From the sequence record DRR378314_656: a stretch of DNA of 64,000 bases, one strand, 5' to 3'. Each line of letters starts with the position of its first letter. The stretch's first letter is position 1. The notes beneath the pieces are model-generated. The model was given only the letters and a program-made list of their open reading frames with translations. It did no database searches and was not told the origin of the DNA. Shown here in pieces: positions 21,129 through 31,407 of this stretch. Position numbers and translations under genes: made by a program.

Positions 21129-22250
21129 TTAGACGCGCAGCGGCATCAGAACGTAGCGCGCGCTGTCATCGGACGGGTCCAGCACGAGGGCAGGCGATGC
21201 CGGATCGCTGAACATGAATTCCGCTTCGACCGCTTCGATCTGACCCGCAATATCGAGCAGGTACTTCGCGTTGAAGCCGATCTCCATTGCGTCCGAACCA
21301 TATTCTGCTTCGAGCTCTTCATTGCCGACGCCGGTTTCGGCATGGTTCACCGCGAGGACCAGCTTGCCATCAGACAGAGACATCTTCACGGACCGCGAGC
21401 GCTCTGCCGATACGGTGGACACGCGGTCCACTGCCGCTTCGAAGGCCTTGTTGTCGATGGTCAGCTTCTTGTCGTTCCCTTTCGGGATCACGCGGCTGTA
21501 GTCAGGGAAGGAGCCATCGATGAGTTTTGAGGTCAGCACCGCGCGACCGGCGCGCACGACGATCTTCGTGTCGGACACTTCCACATCGATGTCGTCCTCG
21601 ACCCCATCTACCAGGCGGCGCGCTTCCGCGATCGCCTTGCGGGGCACGATGATGCCTTCCAGGTTTTCAGATCCGGCCGGGGCAGGCAGCTCAGCCAGCG
21701 CGAGGCGGTGACCATCTGTGGCAACGGTTCGCAGCACGGCGCTGCCATCATCGGTTTTGGCGCCATGCAGGTACACGCCATTCAGATAGTAGCGGGTCTC
21801 TTCGGTGGAGATCGCGAAACGTGTCTTGTCGATCAGACGCGCAAACTCCTTGGCGCCGAGCGAGAATTTCGTCGGCGTGTCGTCAGAGCTCATTGTCTGA
21901 AAGTCTGAGGCGGGCAGGGTTGGCAATTCGAAGTGAGACCGGCCCGCCGTGATGGCGAGGCGCTGGCCTTCAGGCTGGACTTCCAGCTCGACTTCGGAAC
22001 CTGCAGGCAGCTTGCGCACGACATCGAACAGCGTTCCGGCCGGGGCGGTCACGGCACCTTCGCGCGACACGCTTGCATCGGCGCTGTCGACGGCTTCGAT
22101 ATCGAGATCGGTCGCGGTGAGCTTCAACTCTCCATTGCCTGCCTGGAGCAGTACGTTTGAGAGGATCGGGATCGTGTTGCGGCGCTCCACCACATTCTGC
22201 ACATGAGACAGTGCGTTCAGCAGGTCGCCGCGTTCAATCGTCAGTTTCAT
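21129..22250 (-). CDS. dnaN: DNA polymerase III beta sliding clamp
   Basis: VERRNTIPILSN, ATDLD, ETRYYLNG, ATDGHRLA, YVLMPLRV. Confidence 0.97.
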   Translation of the reverse strand: MKLTIERGDLLNALSHVQNVVERRNTIPILSNVLLQAGNGELKLTATDLDIEAVDSADASVSREGAVTAPAGTLFDVVRKLPAGSEVELEVQPEGQRLAITAGRSHFELPTLPASDFQTMSSDDTPTKFSLGAKEFARLIDKTRFAISTEETRYYLNGVYLHGAKTDDGSAVLRTVATDGHRLALAELPAPAGSENLEGIIVPRKAIAEARRLVDGVEDDIDVEVSDTKIVVRAGRAVLTSKLIDGSFPDYSRVIPKGNDKKLTIDNKAFEAAVDRVSTVSAERSRSVKMSLSDGKLVLAVNHAETGVGNEELEAEYGSDAMEIGFNAKYLLDIAGQIEAVEAEFMFSDPASPALVLDPSDDSARYVLMPLRV

Positions 22251-22441
22251 CGTCCGTTCCGTTCGTGGCAGGCCGCCAGAAGCGGCCCTGAATTCTTCAT
22301 ACTTGCTCCCGGCTCCGCCCGGAACAGCCATCCGGAACGGAATCGGCCCGCTCTGCAGGGAGAGCGGGCCGAGCACACTTACTCAAACAGGGGCAAAAGC
22401 CAAGCGCTGATCATGTTTTCAGCGTGATTGGCCTCACCTGC

Positions 22442-23917
22442 CTAGTTCATACCCGCTGCCTGCAGCTCGAGGATCGCTTCGCTGACGGCTTTGATGTGGG
22501 CCTTGAGCTCGACATTGTCCTTCAGGGCCTTGGTCACCTTGCGGTGCGCATAAAGGATGGTTGTGTGATCGCGCTTGCCGAAGCTGTAGCCGATCTGTGG
22601 GAAGGATTTCCCGGTCATCTCGCGGCACAGATACATGGCGATCTGGCGTGGGTACACTACAGCGCGCGCCTTGCTCGGGCTTTCCATGTCAGTCTTGCTC
22701 ACGTCGAAGACTTTCATCGTCGCCTTCTTGACCAGCTCGATAGACGGCTGGCGCACGTCGCCTTCTGTCCGGCGCACGATCTTGCGAACCATGTCCAGCG
22801 TAGGCGTGCGGATACCGAAGGCTGCCTCTGTGTAGAGGTTCCAGATCGCGCCGGTCATTTCACGGGCCTGACCGCGGATGCCGGCATTGAACTCGGCGAT
22901 CATCTCGTCTGTGACAACAAAGTTCGGATGGCCTGACTGAATATGGTCAGCAAGGTCGCGCATGATCTGGTAGCGCATGTTTGCGTCCGGCTCGCCAACC
23001 TCGACGGTGGTCGCGCCTTTCAGCTCACTGATCATGCGGGGGCTGAACCCGGTGACGTCACCAGGGGCCTTGTCACCCGCCAGAACGACATGGCCGCCAT
23101 TCGCGGTGACCTCACGGATGTTCTGGAACAGCTCCGTCTCTGTGCCCGGCTTGCCGCTGATGCGGTGCAGGTCGTCGATCATCAGGATGGTGGCGGCACG
23201 CAGACGCTTCTTCAGGGCGCTGGTGTCCTTCACCTTCACGCCGTCTGTGTAAGAGGAGAGAAATTCTTCCGCAGTGAGGTAGACGACATTGCACTCGCCA
23301 TCCCGCGCTTCAGCGGCAGATTTCAGCGCGTGAAGGATGTGCGTCTTGCCGGTGCCCTGCAGGCCATAGAACAAGGTTGTCAGCGTGCCGACTGGCAGGC
23401 CGGCCGCAATACGCTTCGCCATCTCGACGGCCAGCTCGTTTGCCTCACCCGTGACGAGGGTGCCAAACGACATGACAGGGGCGCCTGTGCTCGCAGTGGA
23501 GGTCTCGGTCTCTGCCTTTGGCGCTGTATCGGCGGCCGCCTCAGTCGTTGCCCAAGGATCGTCGACGATCTCCAGCAGTTCGGCAGGCGCAGTGCGCCAG
23601 CAGACCAGCTTGATCGCGCGGCGGGCCGGGTCATGCTCGCGCCAGATGCGCTGGATGGCATGGCGGTGGGCCCCATAGACGCGGTCGAATGACAGCGGAT
23701 CCCGCGCCGCAATGATCATCTCATTGTTGTACTCGGCAACCAGGCGCAGACCATCGATCCAGCGATCATAGTCAGCCGTGTTGAGGATGGTCGCGAGATG
23801 CGCCTTTACGGTCAGCCAGATCTCCTTGCCCGGAGCATTCTTGCCGCCCTGTTTTTTAGTGAAGTCTACGCCAGTTTCTGAATCAAAGAGTCTGTTCCCG
23901 TCCATGCCGAGCCCCAT
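22442..23917 (-). CDS. dnaA: Chromosomal replication initiator DnaA (divergent)
   Basis: Walker A GLQGTGKT, Walker B LMIDD, domain IV PRQIAMYL and KRDHTT; between rpsT and dnaN. Confidence 0.88.
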   Translation of the reverse strand: MGLGMDGNRLFDSETGVDFTKKQGGKNAPGKEIWLTVKAHLATILNTADYDRWIDGLRLVAEYNNEMIIAARDPLSFDRVYGAHRHAIQRIWREHDPARRAIKLVCWRTAPAELLEIVDDPWATTEAAADTAPKAETETSTASTGAPVMSFGTLVTGEANELAVEMAKRIAAGLPVGTLTTLFYGLQGTGKTHILHALKSAAEARDGECNVVYLTAEEFLSSYTDGVKVKDTSALKKRLRAATILMIDDLHRISGKPGTETELFQNIREVTANGGHVVLAGDKAPGDVTGFSPRMISELKGATTVEVGEPDANMRYQIMRDLADHIQSGHPNFVVTDEMIAEFNAGIRGQAREMTGAIWNLYTEAAFGIRTPTLDMVRKIVRRTEGDVRQPSIELVKKATMKVFDVSKTDMESPSKARAVVYPRQIAMYLCREMTGKSFPQIGYSFGKRDHTTILYAHRKVTKALKDNVELKAHIKAVSEAILELQAAGMN

Positions 23918-24390
23918 TTTCTAGTTATATTTCACCCTGACCAACTGGCACGCAGTCCCCGCCCGAACCGTAGTCCGGTTACACATAAATACTCCGTGTC
24001 GGGAGAACTTTTCTGTTGGTGAATTCAAATTACTCAAAGGGGGTTTTGCTGACAAGTGCAACTTTTATGCGACAACAGGTTTTGCTCGCTTGACTCTTAA
24101 TCCTCTTCCTCAAATCGCAATCAAATCAGGCGTTTGAGAACTGATCTTTTTTTGTGAGTGAGTCGCTCCACACTTTTGTTCGCGCCTGTTCTGTCAACAG
24201 GGGGCGGGGCATAAGCCTGTGAAATTCCTCTGAATAAGTGCGAGTTTTTTTCTTCCTCTGACAAGCCCTAACATTACTGCAACTCGGACCCTCACAGTCA
24301 GGTCAATTTCGCAATCCTTACGAGAAACCTCCAAGTGCAATGAACTTGTTTTTTAGCGGGCTACATTTTGTTGTATTGAGTAGTTGACAT
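23880..24390. promoter_or_regulatory. AT-rich dnaA upstream regulatory region with GANTC (CcrM) sites
   Basis: GANTC at 23880, 23888, 24092 and 24160; visibly AT-richer than flanks. Confidence 0.5.
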
Positions 24391-24391
24391 G

Positions 24392-24423
24392 AAAAAAACC
24401 CGCCTGAGCAGTCAGGCGGGTTT
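24392..24423 (-). terminator. Intrinsic terminator after rpsT
   Basis: Minus strand AAACCCGCCTGA-CTGC-TCAGGCGGGTTTTTTT. Confidence 0.88.
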
Positions 24424-24449
24424 CAAATTTTTACGCAAGAAAGTGTCGC

Positions 24450-24713
24450 TTAGCCCATTGCCTTGACGCGGGCTGACAGGCGGGAAACTTTCCGGGCAGA
24501 TGTGTTCTTGTGCATCACGCCCTTGGTAACCGCGCGCATCAGTTCCGGCTGAGCAAAGCGCAGCGCTTCCTGAGCAGCAGACTTGTCGCCAGCCGCGATT
24601 GCTTCCTCAACCTTGCGGACAAAGGTGCGCACGCGTGAGCGGCGAGCTTTGTTCACTTCGGTGCGGCGCGCAATCTTGCGGACCATTTTCTTGGCAGAAC
24701 GAGTATTAGCCAT
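24450..24713 (-). CDS. rpsT: 30S ribosomal protein S20
   Basis: MANTRSAKK...[16 protein letters not shown]. Confidence 0.97.
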   Translation of the reverse strand: MANTRSAKKMVRKIARRTEVNKARRSRVRTFVRKVEEAIAAGDKSAAQEALRFAQPELMRAVTKGVMHKNTSARKVSRLSARVKAMG

Positions 24714-24842
24714 ATTAAACTCCTGTGGCCCGAAGGGCTCCCTTCAGGCTGAAGGCGGGGGAATACATAAACGGCGCCGGGGCGTCAACAGCCCAGATGG
24801 GCCCCGGCGCAGGAAAATGCAGGTATGATCGGGTGTCCTGCA

Positions 24843-25625
24843 TCACTTGTCTTTGAAGTGGGCCGAGCGTTTCTCGACATAGGCCGCCATGCCTTCCTTC
24901 TGGTCGTCTGTCGAAAACAGCGACTGGAACATGCGGCGTTCGAACTGGATGCCCTGGGAAAGGGGGGTCTCGTAGGCGATCTTCACTGCTTCCTTGGTCA
25001 GCATTGCAGCGGCCAGAGGCATGGAGGCGATGGTGCGCGCCAGTTCCCGCGCGGCGTCCAGCAGGTCGTCTGCAGGCACGACGCGGCTGACCAGTCCGCA
25101 ACGTTCGGCTTCTTCGGCGTCCATCATCCGGCCCGTCAGGCACAATTCCATCGTCTTTGACTTGCCGATAACGCGGGCAAGGCGCTGCGTGCCGCCTGCA
25201 CCGGGCATCACGCCAAGGCGCACTTCAGGCTGGCCGAACCGGGCTGTATCAGCCGCCAGGATAATGTCGCACATCAGGGCCAGCTCACAGCCGCCACCAA
25301 TTGCATAGCCTGAGACGGCCGCCACAATGGGCTTCCGGGCCCGCGCGGCGCGTTCCCAATTCCGGCTGATAAAGTCTTCATAATAGGATTCAGGATAGGT
25401 CTTCTCCTGAATCTCCTTGATATCGGCCCCTCCGGAGAAAGCCTTCTTGCTGCCGGTCAGGACGATGCAGCCAATATCCGTGTCACTCTCGAACCGGTCG
25501 AGGGCGTCGGTCAACTCGTTCATCATCTCTTCGCAGAGGGCGTTCAGGCTCTCCGCACGATTGAGCGTGATGATGGCAAAGCCAGCCTCGGCATCAATCT
25601 CGGTGAGCAGCGTATTGTAAGACAT
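24843..25625 (-). CDS. Enoyl-CoA hydratase
   Basis: AFSGGADIKE, GGGCELALMCD, FGQPEVRLG, GGTQRL. Confidence 0.92.
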   Translation of the reverse strand: MSYNTLLTEIDAEAGFAIITLNRAESLNALCEEMMNELTDALDRFESDTDIGCIVLTGSKKAFSGGADIKEIQEKTYPESYYEDFISRNWERAARARKPIVAAVSGYAIGGGCELALMCDIILAADTARFGQPEVRLGVMPGAGGTQRLARVIGKSKTMELCLTGRMMDAEEAERCGLVSRVVPADDLLDAARELARTIASMPLAAAMLTKEAVKIAYETPLSQGIQFERRMFQSLFSTDDQKEGMAAYVEKRSAHFKDK

Positions 25626-25882
25626 TCAAAAAAATTCCTGCTGGTCGCGGTTCGGCGCTGGCATTTCTGTTGCCGCAGCCTGTAATAACAAGGACACTCT
25701 ACACCCCGTGCCCATGACCGGGAAACCTCCGGGCGTTGTTCCTTTTTCGTCGCGGATATCTCGCGAAGGCGGGCCTATACATCAATCATGACGCATTTGT
25801 CATCCATTGCGAGTCATATCGGGCTGACACCTGCGACAAGTGCGGATTGGCTGTTTTCAAGGCAGAGACCTATATCTTGCCC

Positions 25883-27247
25883 ATGACAGATGGCAGCCAA
25901 ACATCGCGAGACCCGGAACGCAACCGCCTGTCGGGTCGTCTCGCACGAACCGCCAGGGTCGGGGCCAATTTGTCCGGCGCCGGTCTGACCTTTGCCACGC
26001 AGAGCCTGTTTGGAGGGGATCAGGGCGATGAGAAGATCGCACGCGCGCTGGCGGCGGCGCTTGGCAAATCCAAGGGGCCACTCATGAAAGTGGCGCAGAT
26101 GGTGTCGACCATTCCGGATTTCCTGCCGCCGGAATATGCCAACGAACTCAGCCAGCTGCAGGCCGAGGCCCCGGCCATGGGCTGGCCATTCGTCAAGCGG
26201 CGCATGCGGGCTGAACTTGGCGCGGGATGGCTGGAGAAGTTTGCCGAGTTCGAGAAGGAGGCCGCCCATGCTGCCTCGCTCGGCCAGGTTCATCGGGCCA
26301 CACCGCATGATGGTCGCCAGGTCGCCTGCAAGCTGCAGTATCCTGACATGGCGAGCGCCGTGGAGTCGGATGTCGGGCAGCTCAAGACCATGCTCGGCCT
26401 GTTCAAGCGGATGGACGGATCGATCGACCCAAGCGCCATGGTCGACGAGATCACAGACCGGCTTCGCGAAGAACTCGACTATGCCCGCGAGGCGAAGCAC
26501 ATGGCGCTTTATGCTCATATGCTGGCAGATCGGGACTTTGTGACAGTGCCGGACCCGGTCCCTGACCTTTCCACTGACCGGCTGCTCACCATGAGCTGGG
26601 TATCGGGGCAGCGGCTCGATGCGTTTGAGGATGCGCCACAAGAGGTGCGCAACCGGATTGCGGAAATGCTGTTCTGGACATGGTGGGGGCCGTTTAACGC
26701 CTATGCCGTCATTCATGGCGACCCGCATCTGGGCAATTATCAGGTGACGGGGGAGGGCACCGGCCTCAACCTTCTGGACTTTGGCTGCATCCGCATCTTC
26801 CCGCCGCAATTCGTCAGCGGTGTCGTGGACCTCTATCGCGCCATCCTCGCGGATGATTTCGACGCAGCCTATGCCGCCTATGAAAAATGGGGCTTCAGCG
26901 GCCTGTCGAAGGAATTGGTCGAGGTGCTCAATATCTGGGCGCGCTTCATTTATGGTCCATTGCTGGATGACCGCGTGCGCTCTGTTGCCGATGGAGTTAG
27001 CCCCGGCGAGTATGGCCGCAAGGAAGCCTTTCAGGTGCGCAGGCTGCTGAAGGAGAAAGGGCCGGTGAAGATCCCGCGGGAGTTTGTCTTCATGGACCGC
27101 GCGGCCATTGGCCTCGGCGCGGCGTACCTCCGGCTGGGGGCAGAGCTCAATTTCTACCGATTGTTCAATGAAAGCCTTGAAGGGTTTGAGGTGGATGCGG
27201 TGGCCGCGCGCCAGGCAAGCGCCAAGACGGCGGTCGGCCTCGACTGA
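25883..27247 (+). CDS. ABC1/UbiB (AarF) family atypical kinase
   Basis: AASLGQVH, KLQYP, EELDY, HGDPHLGN, LDFG. Confidence 0.9.
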   Translation: MTDGSQTSRDPERNRLSGRLARTARVGANLSGAGLTFATQSLFGGDQGDEKIARALAAALGKSKGPLMKVAQMVSTIPDFLPPEYANELSQLQAEAPAMGWPFVKRRMRAELGAGWLEKFAEFEKEAAHAASLGQVHRATPHDGRQVACKLQYPDMASAVESDVGQLKTMLGLFKRMDGSIDPSAMVDEITDRLREELDYAREAKHMALYAHMLADRDFVTVPDPVPDLSTDRLLTMSWVSGQRLDAFEDAPQEVRNRIAEMLFWTWWGPFNAYAVIHGDPHLGNYQVTGEGTGLNLLDFGCIRIFPPQFVSGVVDLYRAILADDFDAAYAAYEKWGFSGLSKELVEVLNIWARFIYGPLLDDRVRSVADGVSPGEYGRKEAFQVRRLLKEKGPVKIPREFVFMDRAAIGLGAAYLRLGAELNFYRLFNESLEGFEVDAVAARQASAKTAVGLD

Positions 27248-27297
27248 CGCATGGTTAGTTCTGGCCCTCGCGCAAACTTGGCGCTAATCCGCACTGC

Positions 27298-27771
27298 ATG
27301 AGCGACGACCTTACCAGAAACCAGACTTTCGAGACGCCGGAAGGCTATTCCATTCTCCCCTGGCATCGCGGCTTCGGGCGCCAGATTGGCCCGCTGTTCG
27401 AAAAGCGGGACGAAACCGGCGTTTACCGCGCGTTCCGCGTGGAAGAATACCACACCAATGGCATGATGAACGCGCATGGCGGCATGGTCATGACCTTTGC
27501 CGACATGGCCTGGGGCGCGGCCGTCGAGAAGGATGAGGACACCTGGTGGGTCACCGTTCGTCTTCTGTGTGACTTTCTCTCCGGTGCGCCGATGGGCAGC
27601 TTTGTCGAGGGCAAAGGCGAAGTCGTCGGCCGTCAGGATGATGTCTTCACCGTTGAGGGGCGCATCTGGACGGGCGACAAATTGCTGATGCGCGGTACGG
27701 GCATCTTCAAGGTGATCGAGCGCCGCGATGGCGCGCAGAAGCCTTTCACGCGACCGACGGAAAAAGCCTGA
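27298..27771 (+). CDS. PaaI family thioesterase
   Basis: N...[10 protein letters not shown] hot-dog motif. Confidence 0.85.
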   Translation: MSDDLTRNQTFETPEGYSILPWHRGFGRQIGPLFEKRDETGVYRAFRVEEYHTNGMMNAHGGMVMTFADMAWGAAVEKDEDTWWVTVRLLCDFLSGAPMGSFVEGKGEVVGRQDDVFTVEGRIWTGDKLLMRGTGIFKVIERRDGAQKPFTRPTEKA

Positions 27772-27786
27772 CGCCCGCCTGAAAGG

Positions 27787-27815
27787 TTGACTCTGTCGGG
27801 GCGTCTCAGTATCCG
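27787..27815 (+). promoter_or_regulatory. Putative sigma70 promoter for His leader/hisS operon
   Basis: TTGACT-N17-TATCCG, ending 8 nt before the leader ATG. Confidence 0.5.
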
Positions 27816-27823
27816 CCAACGCG

Positions 27824-27862
27824 ATGAACATTGCACTGCACCACCATCACCATCATTCGTGA
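27824..27862 (+). CDS. His leader peptide MNIALHHHHHHS
   Basis: ATG AAC ATT GCA CTG CAC CAC CAT CAC CAT CAT TCG TGA; six consecutive His codons upstream of hisS. Confidence 0.9.
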   Translation: MNIALHHHHHHS

Positions 27863-28037
27863 CGCGCCGACGAGGCGCGAACCGGTCCGGCTGCGCCTCC
27901 TGCAAGTGTTCAATCTTCCGAACCAGATCAGATGAGGCAGGCCGACCTCCGGTCCGCGCTGCGTTGACGTGTTGCCTTTCCAATTCTGGCGTCTCCGTCT
28001 ATGCGGGGCGCGTCGGCAACCAGGACCAGAGACGACC

Positions 28038-29519
28038 ATGAGCGACAAGGACACACCGCCCCTCACAGGCAAGGACCTCGCCCGCAAGCCGCGCGGCTTC
28101 CCGGACAAGCGCGAAAGCCTCATCCATGCGCAGGCCGGACTGGTCGAGACCATTACTGGCGTCTACCGCCAATGGGGGTTCGAGGCGCTGGAGACTGGCG
28201 CGTTCGAATATGCCGATGCGCTGGGCAAATTCCTGCCAGATGATGATCGCCCGAATGCAGGCGTCTTCGCCATTCAGGATGACGATGAGCAATGGATGGC
28301 GCTGCGCTACGATCTGACGGCCCCGCTCGCGCGGTTCGTGGCGGAGGCGGGCCAGTCACTGGGCAAGCCGTTCCGTCGCTATGCCGCCGGGCCGGTCTGG
28401 CGCAATGAAAAGCCGGGACCGGGCCGCTTCCGTGAGTTCTGGCAATGCGATGCCGACACGATTGGCGCGCCGGGCTTTCACGCTGATGCGGAAATGATCG
28501 CGATGGGCGCTGAGGCGCTGCGCGCGGTCGGGATGGAGACGGGCGAGTTCGTGATCCGCGTGAATACGCGCCGCCTGCTGAACGGTGTGCTGGACGGCGT
28601 GGGTGCGACACAGGGCGAAACCCGTCTCGCCATCCTGCGCGCCCTGGACAAGCTGGACCGACTGGGCGTCGAAGGCGTTGCCGATCTGCTCGGCGAAGGC
28701 CGTATGGATGAAAGCGGTGACTATACAAAAGGCGCGGGCCTCGGCGCAGCTGAAGTGAAGCGCGTGCTCGCCTTCGCGCAGGCGGGCGCGGACACACGTG
28801 CCGAAACGCTCGAGAATCTGGCGACGGCTACCGGCGACACAGAGGACGGCAAAACCGGCCTTGCCGAACTGGAAGCCATTGCAAAGGCGCTCGAAGCGCT
28901 TGGCGCACCTGAGGGCGATGTCGTGATCGACCCGTCCGTGGTCCGCGGCCTCGAATATTATACCGGCCCTGTCTATGAGGCCGAGTTGCTCCGTGAAGTG
29001 ACGGGAGAAGATGGCAAGACGTACCGCATCGGCTCCATTGGTGGGGGCGGCCGCTATGATGATTTGGTCGCCCGCTTCACTGGCGAGACGGTTCCGGCGA
29101 CTGGTTTCTCCATCGGAATCTCCCGGCTTGCTGCCGCGATGCAGATCATGGGCGAGACCGAGAAGCTGGACGGGCCGGTGGTTGTTCTGAATTTCGACAA
29201 GGAAGACCCGTCCGTCGCGCTGCAGATCGCAACAGAGCTGCGCCGCGCCGGTATCCGGGCTGAGGCCTATATGGGGTCCTCCGGCATGCGGCCGCAGATG
29301 AAATATACCGACCGCAGATCGTCTCCGGCCGCCATCATGGTGGGCGAAGATGAACTCGCCAAGGGCACGGTCACGATCAAGGATCTTGAGATGGGCGCTT
29401 TGAAGGCGAAGGCCATCAAGTCCAATGAAGAATACCGCGAAGCCCGCCCCGGACAGTTTGAGGTCCCGCGTGCAGAAATGGTCGAGGCCATTCGCAAGAT
29501 CGTCGAGGCCCAGAAATGA
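28038..29519 (+). CDS. hisS: Histidine--tRNA ligase
   Basis: PRGFPD, LRYDLTAPLAR, GRFREFWQCD, VRGLEYYTG, GGGRYD. Confidence 0.96.
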   Translation: MSDKDTPPLTGKDLARKPRGFPDKRESLIHAQAGLVETITGVYRQWGFEALETGAFEYADALGKFLPDDDRPNAGVFAIQDDDEQWMALRYDLTAPLARFVAEAGQSLGKPFRRYAAGPVWRNEKPGPGRFREFWQCDADTIGAPGFHADAEMIAMGAEALRAVGMETGEFVIRVNTRRLLNGVLDGVGATQGETRLAILRALDKLDRLGVEGVADLLGEGRMDESGDYTKGAGLGAAEVKRVLAFAQAGADTRAETLENLATATGDTEDGKTGLAELEAIAKALEALGAPEGDVVIDPSVVRGLEYYTGPVYEAELLREVTGEDGKTYRIGSIGGGGRYDDLVARFTGETVPATGFSIGISRLAAAMQIMGETEKLDGPVVVLNFDKEDPSVALQIATELRRAGIRAEAYMGSSGMRPQMKYTDRRSSPAAIMVGEDELAKGTVTIKDLEMGALKAKAIKSNEEYREARPGQFEVPRAEMVEAIRKIVEAQK

Positions 29520-30646
29520 CACATGATGCACTCGTCGCGGCAGCGCGCGGCGTGTTCGAAGCGACCGGGGCAGAGCGCGTAGATCCGGCCTATATTCTGC
29601 CGTCTGATATTCCGCTGGAACTGTCGGGTGAAGCCGTGCGCGCGCGTCTGTGCGTATTCTCCGATCATCGCGGGAATGAGATGGTCATGCGGCCGGACCT
29701 GACCCTGCCTGTCGCCGGGCAGGAGGCTGGACGCCGGGCCGCAGGTGGTGATGGCGCCAAAGCCTATACTTACGCGGCCCGAGCATTTCGACTGCCCGCC
29801 GCTGAAAACGACCCGATGGAGTTCACACAGGTCGGCTTTGAATGGTTCGGCAAGGACAGTAGCGCTAATTCAGATGCCGAGGCATTCGCGCTTGTCCGTG
29901 AGGCCGTTGCCGCGTGTGACGTCACGCCAACCGCGACCGAGATGGGGGACCTGTCGATCTTCCCTGCTTTTGTGGATGCGCTTGGTTTGGCCCGGATCAC
30001 AACCGACCTCTTGAAGCGGGCATTCCGGCAGGAGGGCGGGGTGAGCGATTTGCTGGCTGCCGCGCCTGAGGCTCCCGCTGATGACTTGCAACCTGTGTTG
30101 GAGGCTCCCAGCTCGAAAGAGGCCGAGGCCGCCTTCCTGAACGTCTTGTCCGAACGCGGCATTCCCATGATCGGTACACGCAGCGTCGGGGAGATCGTGG
30201 CGGGCTTGCGCGGCAAGGCCGCGGTTCATGCCGCTGGCGGTGTTCCCGAGGCTGCGCGGGCCGCATTGTCTGATCTTGCCGGCGTAAACTGCCCGGCAGG
30301 GGAGGCAGCAGATGTGCTTGGCGCGATAGCGGGCAAACATGGGCTCGACAGGATGAGCAGCGCAATCGAGCGCGTTGCAAAGCGCATGGATGCCATTCTC
30401 GCTGCCATGCCGGGTGTCGCGACAGAGGCGCGGTTCCGGTCGGGCTTCGGGCGTCGGTTCACCTATTATGATGGCTTCGTCTTCGAGACGTTCGGGCAGA
30501 ATTTGACATCCCGACAGCCCATTGCCTCGGGTGGCCGGTATGACGGGCTGATCGAAGGCTTGTCCCGGTCCAGGGCCGCTGCATCCGGCATTGGCGGTGT
30601 CGTCCGCCCGGACCGCATCCTGCGCGCAAAAGGAGAGACGGCATGA
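29516..30646 (+). CDS. hisZ: ATP phosphoribosyltransferase regulatory subunit
   Basis: MRPDLTLPVA, EFTQVGFE, YYDGFVFE, GGRYD; between hisS and hisG. Confidence 0.9.
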   Translation: MTHDALVAAARGVFEATGAERVDPAYILPSDIPLELSGEAVRARLCVFSDHRGNEMVMRPDLTLPVAGQEAGRRAAGGDGAKAYTYAARAFRLPAAENDPMEFTQVGFEWFGKDSSANSDAEAFALVREAVAACDVTPTATEMGDLSIFPAFVDALGLARITTDLLKRAFRQEGGVSDLLAAAPEAPADDLQPVLEAPSSKEAEAAFLNVLSERGIPMIGTRSVGEIVAGLRGKAAVHAAGGVPEAARAALSDLAGVNCPAGEAADVLGAIAGKHGLDRMSSAIERVAKRMDAILAAMPGVATEARFRSGFGRRFTYYDGFVFETFGQNLTSRQPIASGGRYDGLIEGLSRSRAAASGIGGVVRPDRILRAKGETA

Positions 30647-31377
30647 GCGTCCTGTCACTGGCGATTCCGTCCAAGGGGCGGCTGAAGGAAAAGTCCGAAG
30701 CGTTCCTGATGGAGCAGGGCTTCGAAGTGCGCCAGATCGGCGGCGAACGGGGGTATCAGGCGGAGATCACCGGCCTCGGCGAAGTCGACATGCGGCTCCT
30801 GTCAGCGCGAGAAATTGCGCAGGGCATCATCGACGGCACGATCCATGCGGGCGTGACAGGGGAAGACCTGCTGCACGATCTCGCGCCGACCGGGCCGGAA
30901 GATTTTCACGTGGCAGAGCGGCTCGGCTTTGGCGGGGCAGATGTCATTGTGGCCGTGCCACAGGCCTGGATCGATGTGGACACGATGTCGGACCTGGAGG
31001 CTGCGGGCGCGGCCTTCCGGAAGGCCCATCATCGGCGTTTGCGCGTTGCGACCAAGTATATGCGGCTGACGCGGCGCTTCTTCGCGGCGAAATCGGTGGG
31101 CGAATACCGGCTCGTCGAAAGTGCTGGCGCCACCGAAGCCGCACCGGCGACCGGGGCCGCAGACGTCATCGTGGACATCACCTCCACAGGGGCCACGCTG
31201 AAGGCGAACGGGCTCAAAATTGTTTCAGATGGAATAATTTTGAAAAGCGAGGCCGTTTTGGCAGTGTCTGCGAATGCCTCCTGGAGCCCGGCGGCGCTGA
31301 AGTCCCTGTCGTTATTGCGCGGTGCAGCAAAAATTGAAAAACTGCTCACATTGAAAAATTTGAATTCACATTCTTGA
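30643..31377 (+). CDS. hisG: ATP phosphoribosyltransferase (short form)
   Basis: LAIPSKGRL, GVTGEDL, RVATKY, GATEAAP, DITSTGATLKANGL. Confidence 0.95.
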   Translation: MSVLSLAIPSKGRLKEKSEAFLMEQGFEVRQIGGERGYQAEITGLGEVDMRLLSAREIAQGIIDGTIHAGVTGEDLLHDLAPTGPEDFHVAERLGFGGADVIVAVPQAWIDVDTMSDLEAAGAAFRKAHHRRLRVATKYMRLTRRFFAAKSVGEYRLVESAGATEAAPATGAADVIVDITSTGATLKANGLKIVSDGIILKSEAVLAVSANASWSPAALKSLSLLRGAAKIEKLLTLKNLNSHS

Positions 31378-31407
31378 CACACGCCTAAAAGCGCGGCCTT
31401 ATGACAC

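Noticed and set aside
23918-24390. Possible oriC in the AT-rich rpsT-dnaA gap
   Set aside because: No convincing TTATCCACA/TGATCCACA boxes or full CtrA sites found by eye; kept only as a dnaA regulatory region. GC-skew analysis on the whole genome would decide.
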